The position numbers and the translations under genes are program-made. Below are positions 25,801-37,658 of a DNA stretch of 64,000 nt, piece by piece (the first letter of the stretch is position 1; every line of letters begins with the position of its first letter). The notes under the pieces are model-generated. The model was not told where the DNA came from, did no database searches, and worked only from the letters and a program-made list of their open reading frames with translations. The DNA is taken from assembly GCF_009834535.1 (NCBI RefSeq), contig NC_045697.1, positions 12,712,001-12,776,000 on the forward strand, written 5' to 3'. Source of the DNA: Camelus ferus (Eukaryota).

Positions 25801-27122
25801 ACAAAAGTTGTCTTAATTTTTATCTCCCAAAACAGTATCATAGTTAAATATATGTCTGCTCCCTCACTTTCGAGTAAGATTTTGTAACCAACCAATGTCT
25901 GTATCCCAGAACTTTATATAGTTCTACCACATAATAAATACTCAGAATAAATTCAGTTTCCAAGGCAGAAGAGTGAGTGATTACTTCAGATTTCACTGTG
26001 TTTGAGGACTCTGTCATGGTTTCACAGAATAAAAGGAACTTACATTGTCCTTCGAAGAGTTAATATGATATGGTCAAGAGACATGCAAGATGGGGAAATT
26101 GTCCCATGGCTTAATTAAAGGTATCTTGCAAGGAAAGTGTGTTAAAAATTACTGGATGGATCAATTTGGATAAAGAGTAGAGTGTATGTACATGAGTCAA
26201 GGGAAATGGGATGAAAAGATAGACTGAGAGGACATTGAACATGGCCTTGGATGTCTAGCTAAAGATTTTGACATTTTTCTCAAAGGCTTTCAAAAGCCCT
26301 ATCTGGTTCACTTTGGGGAAGTGAAAGGTGAAAGCTGAATTCTAGTAAGTAATTTGGTGACATTTGCTGCAAGACTGGTTATTAATTTTTAAATGATATG
26401 TATATCTTTGCCTGTGATTGGAGAAATCTCAAGTCCTATATTGTTTTTGGACAAGCAGTCACCACTTCAGGAGTCAGAACCTATGAATGGTTTCTATTAC
26501 CAGTTAGAAGCAGGGTCCATGAAGTGGGTAGGCGCTCTGAAGGCAGTCACCAGACTCCTGATCAAGCAGAGAAGAATAGAAACTGAAAGTGTTAGGTCCC
26601 TAAATCGGAGTCTTTTTTTTTTTTTTTTTTTTTTCTCTACTGGCTGTCCTGGATGTTAAAGCCTCATAATTACAGTAAAATATTGCAGCCCCCATGACTT
26701 TCACTCCTTCCATGTAATTTCCACATAATATATCTTTTAATGCTCACTGCAAGCTTGCATGGAAGGTATTTTTATTCTCATTCTAGAGACTAAGTACCTT
26801 GATTCTAGAGATACGTCTTGTGGGGCTACAAATAGGTCAAGAGACTACTACCTGTCACAGGAAAAGTAGGAGAGAAATGAGAGAATTTGGAGGATATTTA
26901 AAAGTCAAATTGAGGAATTTGGTGCCATCACTAAATTAAAAGGGCAGTAATGAAGTGATGCAAACAAGAAGTTTAAGTGTGCAGAGCGGGAAGGAATTTG
27001 GAGTGAAATGGAAACAGATGACCCAGAGAGAGCTCTGAATCAGGACCTCTGACAGCACTGTGGTGATGATGGTCATCTGCCTTATCAACCCCCTCGTGTA
27101 TGAGTAGAGTAGCTTAATTTAA

Positions 27123-27503
27123 AGAAACAGGATGTATCCCTATCTGTATCACAAGAAATATATATTTACCTTAAGGAACTGGCTCACACGATTGTAAGTG
27201 TTTGCAAATATGAAATCCGCAGGGTAAGCCAGGAGACTGAAGGTCCAGAGAAGAGTTGATGTTATGATCCTAGGTCTGAATTCCTTCTTTCTTGGAAGAC
27301 CTCAGCCTTTTTTCTCTTAAGGCTTTCATCTGATTGAATGAGACCCACCCTCATTATAGAGGGTAATTTGCTTTACTCAAAGTCTGCTGATTTAAATGTT
27401 AATCACATCTTAAAAATACCTTCACAGCAACATCTAGACTGGTGTTTGACCAAATATCTGGGTGCCATGACCTACACAAATTGACACAAAATTAACGATC
27501 ACA
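27123..27503 (-). mobile_element. MLT2 (ERVL) LTR, MLT2D-like
   Basis: 'aaggaactggctcacacgattg...tgattgaatgagacccaccctcattatagagggtaatttgctttactcaaagtc...ttgacacaaaattaacgatcaca'. Confidence 0.85.
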
Positions 27504-28156
27504 CCCTCTAAGCTTCAAAGTCACCTCTGGTTGCTCTCCAAAGGGAGAATGAAATTGTTCCTACCGCGTGTTGGCCAGGACTCCTGCTGCTCTTCCGTTT
27601 CTACCACTCCATCCGGACTTTCCCAGAGCCTCAGATGGGGGCTCAGAATAGTGGCAGGAAGGCCCCTTCCCAAGGCTGCACATGGAGACTTCTGGCAATG
27701 AGCTGTAGACAGCCACTCCCCTAAACTTTCAACCACTTCACTGAAAGGGAGGATAGACCCCTTGCGGAGAATCACAGCTCCATCCAGAACTGAGAGCACA
27801 TTCTCCTGCCTGGGACGGATGAGGGTTCTTGGAAGGATAAGTGAAATATAGACCCAACTCTGCCTCTCCCATTGAAGAAGTCGGCATAGAAGGACTGACA
27901 CTGGCAGCAGCCCTGCCAGACCTCGTCAATCATTTAAATTTCTATAATGAGATCTCCACGGGATAGACCTCTTAAGTCTACTATGGACATGCAGAAACCC
28001 ACCAAGATGATCTATGTGCCGGTAAAAACGGACCAAAATGCATCAATGAGAGGTTTCTCTGGAGACTGGAAAAGTCTGTTTCCTTCCTGTGCCAGGGAAG
28101 AAAGAATGGACCCTATTTTCAAACGCTTGATGGTATGGAAATGGTGTCAGGTTCAG

Positions 28157-28378
28157 ATGTGAGTTAGCAAACTAGATATCAGACACCGCCCATGGCCTGT
28201 TTCTAGTCAGCCAAGGAAGGGTCTTACAAGTGAAATGGATGAAGAAAAAAAAAAAAAAAAAAGAGAAGAGGACGAGGAGACAGAGAGGGAGAAGACTAAG
28301 AAACAGAGATGCTATGTGACCTGTAAAGCTTAAGGTGTTTATTATCTGGCTTTTTACACAAAAGTTTGCCAAGCCTAG
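28157..28378 (-). mobile_element. MER58-family MITE with an expanded purine tract
   Basis: Ends 'gagttagcaaacta' and 'tttattatctggctttttacacaaaagtttgccaagcc'. Confidence 0.6.
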
Positions 28379-29186
28379 ATCTAGAAGAAGACACACAAGC
28401 ACTGGAATTCAAATTCAGCTTGTTCCAAGATGAAGTGCTGCCCACTGGCACTTATAGGGTGATTATTTTGCTTTTTGAGCCAGATGGCCTCACCTGGGCA
28501 CACTGCACACCAACTTTCCCTGATGGGAAGTCTTACAGGAAGAAACGTGTAACTTTTCAGTCCAGGATTTTAGAGACAGCAACACAACAGTGGGCATACT
28601 GTAAAGATGTTGTTCGTAGGAAATCCCAAGATAAGTAAAACAAATCCATGGTGTGAGAGGGGGCTGCTGCCCTTGGGAGGGGAGTTGCTGGATCTCCTTC
28701 TCTGGGGGGGTGTGGAGTCAAGTGACTGTTTATTTCTTGATCTGGGTGCTCCTTACATGTTTGTTCATGAAAATCCATGAAAATTCATATTCCCTTAGGA
28801 ATATTGTTTTCTAAACATAAATGATACTATATTAAAAAATTCAAAAAGTGCATCTAACCCCCCCACCTTTGACAAGCTACTTAAAAAATAAATATTTTGC
28901 AGGGATTTGTCCTCTGCACAAAAGGGGACACGACCTGGCTTTGTCTTCCTTCAAGAAGTCACGCTGTAGATTTTCCAAGCCAAACCCTTTTCCTAATGAC
29001 TCGTAGCCCAGTGCCCTCCCCACACCGTGTTCTTCATCTTCTAGACCAGAACAGAACAGGTCAACACCTTCTGGATGGTTGGCGACCAGACGTGGGTTTA
29101 AATTCTTCTTTGCCCTTGTATAGTCACAGTAGGAACAAGACTTCCTGAAGATCTGGCCCTGCCCACTGCCCCTTCATGTCTGGCTG

Positions 29187-29510
29187 TGTCCACCGAGGTA
29201 GACTAAAATGTTTACGAGTTTATTTGAGCAAAAATCGATTGGAATCAAGCAGTGTCAAGCTGGATGGTTAGGAGTATTCCACAGACAGAAGCTCAGGAGA
29301 GACTTTTATAGAGAAAAGCAGAGGCAGAGCAAGAAAATTATTGATCGGTTTTAGGTTAAAGCCTAGATGGCTGTTTGTGATTGGTTGTCCTTAGCGTTTT
29401 GACTTCATAACCTGGACGAATTTACAGGCTTAGATTTTGGCTTATCACTTAGGCTGCCATGGCATTAGAGCTCCCTCAGTGTAATGGCCTCTTGATGTAA
29501 TTAGTTTAAT
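29187..29510 (-). mobile_element. ERV1 solo LTR, MER41-like (cetartiodactyl type)
   Basis: Antisense AATAAA ('gagtttatttgag'), TATA ('cttttatagag') and CCAAT ('gattgg') in LTR order; flanks GCTG/GCCA may be a CpG-decayed GCCG duplication. Confidence 0.65.
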
Positions 29511-29519
29511 GCCACCTCT

Positions 29520-30030
29520 AAACACATACTCTGATCACAGTGAACCTTTCCTCTTCCTGATCACATCAAGATGCTTCACAGTTCTGACCTTCATCCATGC
29601 TATTCCTCCTCCCCAAAATGCCTTCTGCCTAATCACCAACTTGGGGAACTTCTGCTGATCCTTTCTCTACAGATCAAGTGTTTCCCTCTGTGAAACCTTC
29701 CAGACCTACATCCTTACAGAGCTAACCAGTTTCTACTGTGCGTTAATACATGGTTCCATCAGTGCACCCAGGACATATGTGATTATTTTTCTGTATGTTT
29801 ACCTCTACTGGTACTCAAGAGCTCTTGAATGAAAAAGAATATATATATGTATGTGTATAACTGAAACATTATGCTGTACATGAGAAATTGACACAACACT
29901 GTAGCTGACTATACTTCAATTAAAAAAGAAAAAGAACTCTTGAAAAGAGAAATGTGCTATTTATTGTAGTGTCTCCATGCTTGACATCTCGTAGGGATTT
30001 AAAATGCATTTGTTGAATAAATGAGTGAAC
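29520..30030 (+). mobile_element. L2 3' region, interrupted by a short L1
   Basis: 'catgctattcctcctccccaaaatgccttc...ccctctgtgaaaccttccagac' to 'atttgttgaataaatgagtgaac'. Confidence 0.75.
29830..29931 (+). mobile_element. Severely 5'-truncated L1 (3' UTR tail) with TSD
   Basis: 'gtataactgaaacattatgctgtacatgagaaattgacacaacactgtagctgactatacttcaattaaaaaa'; 13-bp TSD aagagctcttgaa (29817-29829) / aagaactcttgaa (29932-29944). Confidence 0.85.
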
Positions 30031-30191
30031 GAGAGTCCTTATTACTTGAAGATATTATTTTAATATGATGGAACAATTAATTTTTCCCAGTTGTGTAATT
30101 CTCCCTAGTGACGAAATAATCCGTCACTAATTTGTTGAAGTTTTCTTTTAAAAAGCAAACAAATTTTAATACACATAGTACTGTGATTTTT

Positions 30192-31410
30192 TAAACTTTT
30201 TTAATTGAGTTATAGTCATTTTACAATGTTGTGTCAATTTCCAGTGTAGAGCACAATTTTTCAGTTATACATGAACATACATATATTCATTGTCGCATTC
30301 TTTTTCACTGTGAGTTACCACAAGATCTTGTATATACTTCCCAGTGCTGTACAGTATAATCTTGTTTATCTATTCTACATATGCCTGTCAGTATCTACAA
30401 ATTTCGAACTCCCGGTCTGTCCCTTCCACCCCCCTCATCCCCTGGCAACCGCAAGTTTGTATTCTAGGTCTGTTAGTCTGTTTCTGTTTTGTATTTATGT
30501 TCTTTTTTTTTTTTTTGGATTCCACATATGAGCGATCTCATATGGTACTTTTCTTTCTCTTTCTGGCTTACTTCACATTCTCCTGGGACATCCATGTTGC
30601 TGCAGATGGAGTTATGTTGTCATTTTTATGGCTGAATAGTATTCCATTGTCTAAATATACCACATCTTCTTTATTCAGTCATCTGTTGATGGACATTTAG
30701 GCTGTTTCCATGTCTTGGCTATTGTATATAGCGCTGCTATGAACATTGGGGTGCAGGTGTCTTTTTGAAGTAGGGTTCCTTCTGGATATATGCCCAGGAG
30801 TGGGATTCCTGGGTCATTTGGTAAGTCTATTCCTAGTCTTTTGAGGAATCTCCATACTGTTTTCCACAGTGGCTGCACCAAACTGCATTCCCACCAGCAG
30901 TGTAGGAGGGTTCCCTTTTCTCCATGATCTCTCCAGCATTTGTCATTTATGGACTTTTGAATGATGGCCATTCAGACTAGTGTGAGGTGATACCTCATTG
31001 TAGTTTTGATTTGCATTTCTCTGATAATTAGTGATATTGAGCATTTTTTTGTGTGCCTATTGATCATTTGTATTTCTTCTTTGGAGAATTGCTTGTTTAG
31101 GTCTTCTGCCCATTTTTGGATTGGGGTTTTTTTTTTTTTTTTTATTAAGTCGTGTAAGCTGCTTATATATTCTGGAGATCAAGCCTTTGTCGGTTTCATT
31201 GTTTGCAAAAATTTTCTCCTATTCCGTAGGTTGTCATTTTGTTTTGCTTATGGTTTCTTTTGCTGTGCAGAAGGTTGTGAGCTTAATTAGGTCCTATTTG
31301 TTTATTCTTGCTTTTATTTCTATCACTTGGGTAGACTGCCCTAGGAGAGCATTTTTGAAATGTATGTGAGATAATGCTTTGCCTATGTTTTCTTCTAGGA
31401 GATTTATTGT
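30192..31410 (-). mobile_element. Young 5'-truncated L1 (ORF2 C-terminus plus 3' UTR), lineage-specific
   Basis: 15-bp TSD agtactgtgattttt (30177-30191) / agtactatgattttt (31411-31425); TT|AAAA endonuclease site on the minus strand; ORF2 peptide readable. Confidence 0.95.
30675..30971 (-). pseudogene. L1 ORF2p C-terminal cysteine-rich domain fragment (non-functional)
   Basis: [32 protein letters not shown]...CTPMFIAALYTIAKTWKQPKCPS is the L1 ORF2 CCHC-region sequence; second Cys is His here; premature stop. Confidence 0.95.
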
Positions 31411-33379
31411 AGTACTATGATTTTTAAAAAACTAATTTAGGAAGCTCAAAAAACGTTAAAGACTTAGTGAAGTATAAAAATGAGTCATAATATTATCTAA
31501 CTCTGGATTTTTTTTTTTCATGAGAGAAAACCAGAACCAAACATAAAACAAACAAACAAAAAAACATTTTCATGAGCTATTGAAATTTTACCTGTAAGCA
31601 AAAGAATAATAACTAGAAAATACTGAATTTGTTTCATAGATTAAATATGAATTTTTAAAAGGATATTCATTGATAAATAACAATACAAATTGCAAAAATG
31701 TTAGAATGAAATCGAATTAATTGTGTGCCTGTTGAGTAATAAAATATTGTGTTTGAGAGAGAGGCCAATTATTTTGTACTTTTTAAAACACTACCATTAG
31801 CTAATGATGAGGCTTTGGGAAGCATCCTTCAATTCACCTGCTTCAATTTACCAATCTCAAAAATAGCTCCAAAATGCTACAATTCTAAAATGAATCAAGA
31901 TTTAACATTATGTATTTCTGTAATTTGTCAAAAAATGGTCTAAGACATGATACCAAAAAGTCCCACTAGATGGCAGGCTTCCCATTTCAAAGGAAGCCAT
32001 TTTTTTCCCCTTCTTCCAAAATAAGAGCCTCCAACAAACAGAATTTGAAATGTGTTTATTTGTAGGGCTATAAATATGGCTCATCTGATCCAGTTTTCCA
32101 CTGGGTTCCATATTTTTCAGTGATTTGCAGCCAGTTTGTTTTAAAAGCCAGATTGAAGAAGTTATTTGATATGCAGCCACATTCTTTCCAAATAATCAAA
32201 GTTAATCCCTATTTCTTCTTTTTAATCAGACATTGCATGTCCACAGTGTCATTAACCGAAAAAAAAATTATGGAACCATTCATTAAGTAGTGTGTGATTT
32301 TTGAGCACAATTCCACAGAGCTCTGAGCAAGTGTAAGTGCGGACGTCTCTGGAATTTCTTTACTGTTTCAGAAAGCCAAAGCAACACCTGCTAAATTTCA
32401 TTAGATTCCTGACAGGACACTCACTGCTGTTTAAAAACCATTTCTACCCTGGCCAGTTGTGACTGCCTGAGACCAAATATTGTAAAGGTAAATTAAACTG
32501 AATTTTCAGACAAGTAAAAGTGCTTTCATCAACTACATAAATATCTGTGGCTAATCTTTGAATAACAAATGGTATGCATAAAAATGATGTTATTTTTATT
32601 ATTACCAGTTATCATGATTATTATTGTTGCTGACTTTTTTTATTTCTAAAATCTTCAGAGGCGTGTTTTCCAAGAAACTTAACAATCAAGAAACAGTAAT
32701 GCATTTCTTCCAAATGTAACATAGCAGACCCAATGGGTTTCAACCAAAAGAAATTTTTTTCCCCTTGCAAAGTTCATACTGAGTCATGCTTTATTAAAGA
32801 GAAAAAGGAATTATCCAGACATCTCTGAAAATTGCAGATTTGCTCATTCCCGGCATTCATCAGAAATTGCCAGCCTTTGTAGCTGAAACAAATGAAAATT
32901 ATCCCAAGACAGAGTTATCTGAAGCATATATAACCCTTTCGTTTTATTTGCAAAACAACACAGCACACTAAAAAGAATCCTTTTGAATGTAAAATGAAGG
33001 GATATCTCATGTGGTTTTCCAGGTAAAATATGAAACAAATGCTCAGAAGGGCTACCTCTGTCTATGTGAAATAACAACTACAACAAAACTGGCTTATTCT
33101 TGAAACTTCCCCGCTTGTGATGGACAATAGGGCTTTAAAATCCCTCTGCAGCCTCTGGGCAGTGTTTAGACACAAAGTATTTTCATATACCATGAGATCT
33201 CTGTCTTCCTGCCTAATCCTACTGTATCATAATGCCTCACAGCACAATGGAGACGCATGCATGCCTAATTTCCATAAATTACACAGCCCTACGTTTTCAT
33301 AAAGACAAATTCCAGTTGTAAACTATTAAACCTAATTCAGCATCCTTTGATGTCTCTGAGAAAAACTGTGGGGGAAGTT

Positions 33380-34820
33380 GAAGCATTCCCACGTGGGAGT
33401 GTGTTCTCTGGGGCAGGTGAAGGACAGAAAAGAGGTAATATTTTGCCCTTTATATCTCTTCATTAACTTAAAATGTGTTCTTCTGAAGTTGAATTTAGTC
33501 CTTTTACAGAAAATCTTCTTAAAAATCCTAAATGCTGAGGACAACCTAAGGCATAACACTTCTCCCAAAAGCTCTAAATCCAAATCAAAGGAAGGTCTGT
33601 TTCTCTGAGCCCCTGATTTGGTTTCTCCTGTAAGGTGGAAGCCGAGTCTTCGCTGCCACCAAATGATAGTTGTAATCTTTGGATTATTTAAAGTTAACTT
33701 CTCCCCTTCATTTCTAAATTCTCTCCTTCCAAACTCTCACGTGAGGAGAACAAACACCATGCAGGCCTCTCTATTCAGGCACCATCATTTCATCATTTAG
33801 TTGTGGAATTCCCTCCACAGGTCTTGTTCTCAGCATCCTGTTGACATAATTTAACATACAGGTTATAAAGAATTCTGTGAACCTTCTCCCTTCCTGTTTA
33901 CTTTCACTCCTCAATGGAGTCTAGTGCTCAGGAGCCGGCTCTTTTAAACCTGCAAGCCGGATCACCTCCCCCTGAAGCAGGAAAGGTGTGAAAAGCAAAC
34001 AGAGGGGAGCAAATACAGTGGCTTTTCAACAGTTCCTCAGTGCTGGCGGTAGTCTGAGAGGTGATTCAGGGAGTGAGAATTCTGAGCAGGAGGCAGGATG
34101 GGGACCATGGGTACATTTCTGGGTCCTGCTGAGTTAGCCCTTCACAGGGTGGCTTTGTTATGAGGCGTGAAGTGTTACGAATTCCTGGAACCCCACGCAC
34201 ACCAGGATGCAAATGTAAGCATGTGTAGACAGAGAGAAAACTCGCAGGCTCAGGGCCACTAACCAGAACCAGCGAGCTGGAAGGTTCCTTGGCCCTGTAG
34301 CTACTCCTAATGGGATAATCCATGCACACCTCTGGGAAGAGGATCTTCCCCAGCTCTGTTTGTAAATGCTGGCTGGAAACCCTGGGGGCCAGGCCAGAAA
34401 TCTCCATGTGGGTAATCTCAGGTCCAAATGAGTCAAAATGTCATAACAGAGAAACAGTGCTGTGAGGTCCCTTAACAGCAAGCTGAACTTTTGTAAGTGC
34501 AACACAAAGCAGCTGTTGATGGCCCGGGCTTGTGGAACGTGGTGGGTGTGAGCCCGATGTGTTTGTGGGTCTGCTGCAAGGTGGCACTCCGAGGCAGACA
34601 GAGAGAGACCAGGAAGGTCAGGGACTGTCCTCCATGCACGGCTGACGGTGAAGGGACACGATTAAGGATAAAGTTGGGCAATCTTCAGTTACCTGGTGCA
34701 CCACGAAGATTTCCTTAAATCCATTTTGACAAGCTAGCAGCCAAAACGCTGGCATCCGGACCAAGAACGGACAAGGGTGACTCAGTGGCGAGCCTGGTCT
34801 CTGGACATTCGAATACAAAC
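33380..34820. promoter_or_regulatory. Candidate enhancer/promoter-like element
   Basis: Repeat-poor, raised GC and CpG; FOX:ETS, RBPJ, E-box, GAS, AP-1 and XRE-core motifs (see findings). Confidence 0.45.
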
Positions 34821-35599
34821 TTAAACAGACTAAGATTTTATCAATTCAGTTCACCTCTTTCTTTGTAAAATAACTTTTTTAAGGAAATTAAGTCTTACGT
34901 GACATTTTAAAAAATTATCAAAATCAAGTAAAAACTGGAAGGCTTATGTACATTCTTCCTGAATAAAATGGAAACTTTAATGTAGGTTAATTCGGTGATT
35001 TTCAGCCCAAATTCCAATTTTTGTTTTCATAATTAACAACGCTGGACTTAAAACTCAGAGTTATAGCAAGTGTATATTTTAATCTTATGTGGTTATAGCA
35101 TTCTTAAAATTATAGGTAGGTGCATATTTATATATTATTTTTATTTCTATTATATTTATAATACTTTGCAAAGTATTTCCTCATATGCTTTAAGTGTACA
35201 GACTTTAACAATAACTGTTTAGACTTACTCCATATTTAATTTTATTTCTTGCTACTAGTTGTTAGTAATACCGTCATGCCCCCGTATCGTCATGTCTATA
35301 TTTTTATTCATTTTTAAGCCAACTGTCCTGAATATTTGAATATGTTTTTCATGAGGGGTATGGGAATAAAAAGTATACTTTCTAAATTCACATATGAAGT
35401 TGTCTGTCTGTTTTTGTCAAACCAGGACAACAATATGCCCTGTTGTATGTCAAAAGTGTGTCTACTTACAACACTGAAATTTCATTTATTCAACATATAT
35501 CTTGAGCACCTATTCTCTGCCTGTATCTCCTGGGTGCTGTGGACAAGATTAGTTGTTGAAGTTTTTAAACTTCCATTTGTTGGAGGTTAAAAGACATCA

Positions 35600-36350
35600 T
35601 TTATTTCCTTTCTCCCTCCATCACTTCTTTCTTTTCCTTCCTATTTTGAGTAGATGGAAACAGGTATTTTTCTCTTTGATTTTTGAAATTGAAAAATGTT
35701 ATCGGGTATCTATCTGAGAACGTGTCTCTTTTTACTAATTTTTCCTGGTTGTTGGAGGACCTTTCAAAATGTGAAGTATTATGTTAACCATTAAGCCCTC
35801 ACATCTTCAAGTTTTATTTTAATCTTTTCTTTCATTGTTCTCTCTTTATCTTTGTATCCTGATACCTGGGGCAACTGTAGGCCAGTTCTCTTCTCCACTA
35901 ATTTGCTCTTCTGTTGCATTCAGTTACTATCTGCATTGCAGTGTTTAATTCAGCAGTTATCTGTGTGATCCCTGAGTATTCTTTCCCGATCTTAGATCAT
36001 GCTCTTTTCAGGACCGCCTAACTTACTTGTTTTGTGATGTATGTCTTCTCTAATTTGTTAAGAACAAAAACTGAGTGATATTTTCAAAAATATCATTTCT
36101 TGCAGCAAATCTGTTCCACTGAAATGTTTTTGCACCTTCCTCAGACTGTTCTCTTTCTTTTGAACCATCTTGGCTTTCTTGTGTCTGAACACGTCTCTCT
36201 TTCTGTTCATCTTTAAAAAGGAAGAGCTCTGCTGGTTTTGTGTAGACCATGTAGGTTGAAATGAGCTCTGTCAGTAAGCTTTCCTGTTTGATTCTTACAG
36301 AGCAAAATGAAAGGACAAAAGAAAAGTTTTAATTTACTCTACATGCACTT
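35600..36350 (-). mobile_element. Very old L1M 5'-region fragment
   Basis: T-rich antisense L1-like text 'ttttctttcattgttctctctttatctttgtatcctgatacctgggg...tcttctccactaatttgctcttctg'. Confidence 0.5.
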
Positions 36351-36759
36351 TGCCATTTCTGATCCCCAGCGGTGAGGAATAGGTGAATGGGGGGGGGGGG
36401 GATTAAAAAGGGAACTAAAGTCAAAACTTTCTCTGGGCTGAGTAACTGCTTTGTCTTGTTGTTGAGACTCCCAGGGGACTTCTAGATAGTTCTATTTTCC
36501 TGACACTCACAGATGCTACTGTGGACTTTCTGCTCTCAGTGTCCTATGGCATCAGAAGTGCCTCATCTTTAGCAGGGGTCCTTGAGAGTTATGCAACCCA
36601 TCCTACCTTCTCTCCTAGACTTTTCTATTTTGGTAGGCATGGTTTTATCAAGTTCTCTTCCATTTTTATTCCCCCAGAAAATAATGCTTCGCCTTCATAT
36701 AAAAGGAACTTCTATCAGCTTTCAATATTAATTTGATTTTGTACAAACTATACTACAGC

Positions 36760-37215
36760 ACAGACTGTTGGCCTTTCCCCTAGTAAATCTCTCCTTTTCT
36801 TCTATAGAATTAGATATTTTAGCAAGTCACATGGCTGACCGGTTAAAGATGACATGACCAGCCTCCCTTCCAGTTGGTTTTGATCAAATGACTGGACGGG
36901 GAGTAGATGTGGTACCTGTGGAGTCATGCCTTTAAAAGAAAAGGAGGGTACATAGTCCCCTTCCCCCCTTTCTTGATCAGTGGGATGTACATGTGATGGA
37001 AGGAGCCAGAGCAGTCACCTTAGACATGAGATGGGAGCTACCTATTACGACAGCAGAACAAGGAGACTGAATAAGCCTGCGTTCCAGCAACCTGCCACTG
37101 TGTGTGGCCCCTGGGATGCCTACCATCCCCGTGGACTACTCCGCGAGTGAGAAATAAGCCTCTCCCTCGTTGAAATGCTGTTATATTTGTCTTCATCACA
37201 GCTAATAGAAATCTC
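36760..37215 (+). mobile_element. MLT1I/J-like MaLR LTR
   Basis: 'ccagcctcccttccag...atgtgatggaaggagccagagcagtcaccttagacatgag...gagtgagaaataagcctc'. Confidence 0.7.
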
Positions 37216-37658
37216 TGTGCGTGATATCCTGCCCTGGTTTCCAGGAGAGGGTAAGTTTCCTTATTTCCTTATTATATCAGCCATTTTCAGGGAATCTCCC
37301 ATTCCTGAGATGATTTCAAAGGCTGGTAGAATTCTGTGTTAAGACAATGTCGCTTTACCTGTGGTTGGTTTCGTCCCTACCTCCCTGCTTTGTGCCAAGC
37401 TACCACGGCAGTGCTGTTATTTGTTGATGAAACACATCATTTAGAACCTGCTGTATCCAGGCTCCACTAAGCACTAGGGATGCTTCAGGATTTCACCATT
37501 TAGTAGAGAGAGAGAGAGAGAGGTGTCTCCTTCAACGACTTTACCATTTAGTAGGAAGAGATATTAGTGAAAACAAATAAGTACACTAAAGCTTATGAGG
37601 AGGGTTGTACAGGGGACAGTGAGAGCACAGGGGAGGGAGGAGCAGTTGAGCTTTGACC

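Noticed and set aside
27520..28160. GC-richer unique segment with ORFs on both strands
   Set aside because: No coherent splice sites, recognisable peptide or clear motif cluster
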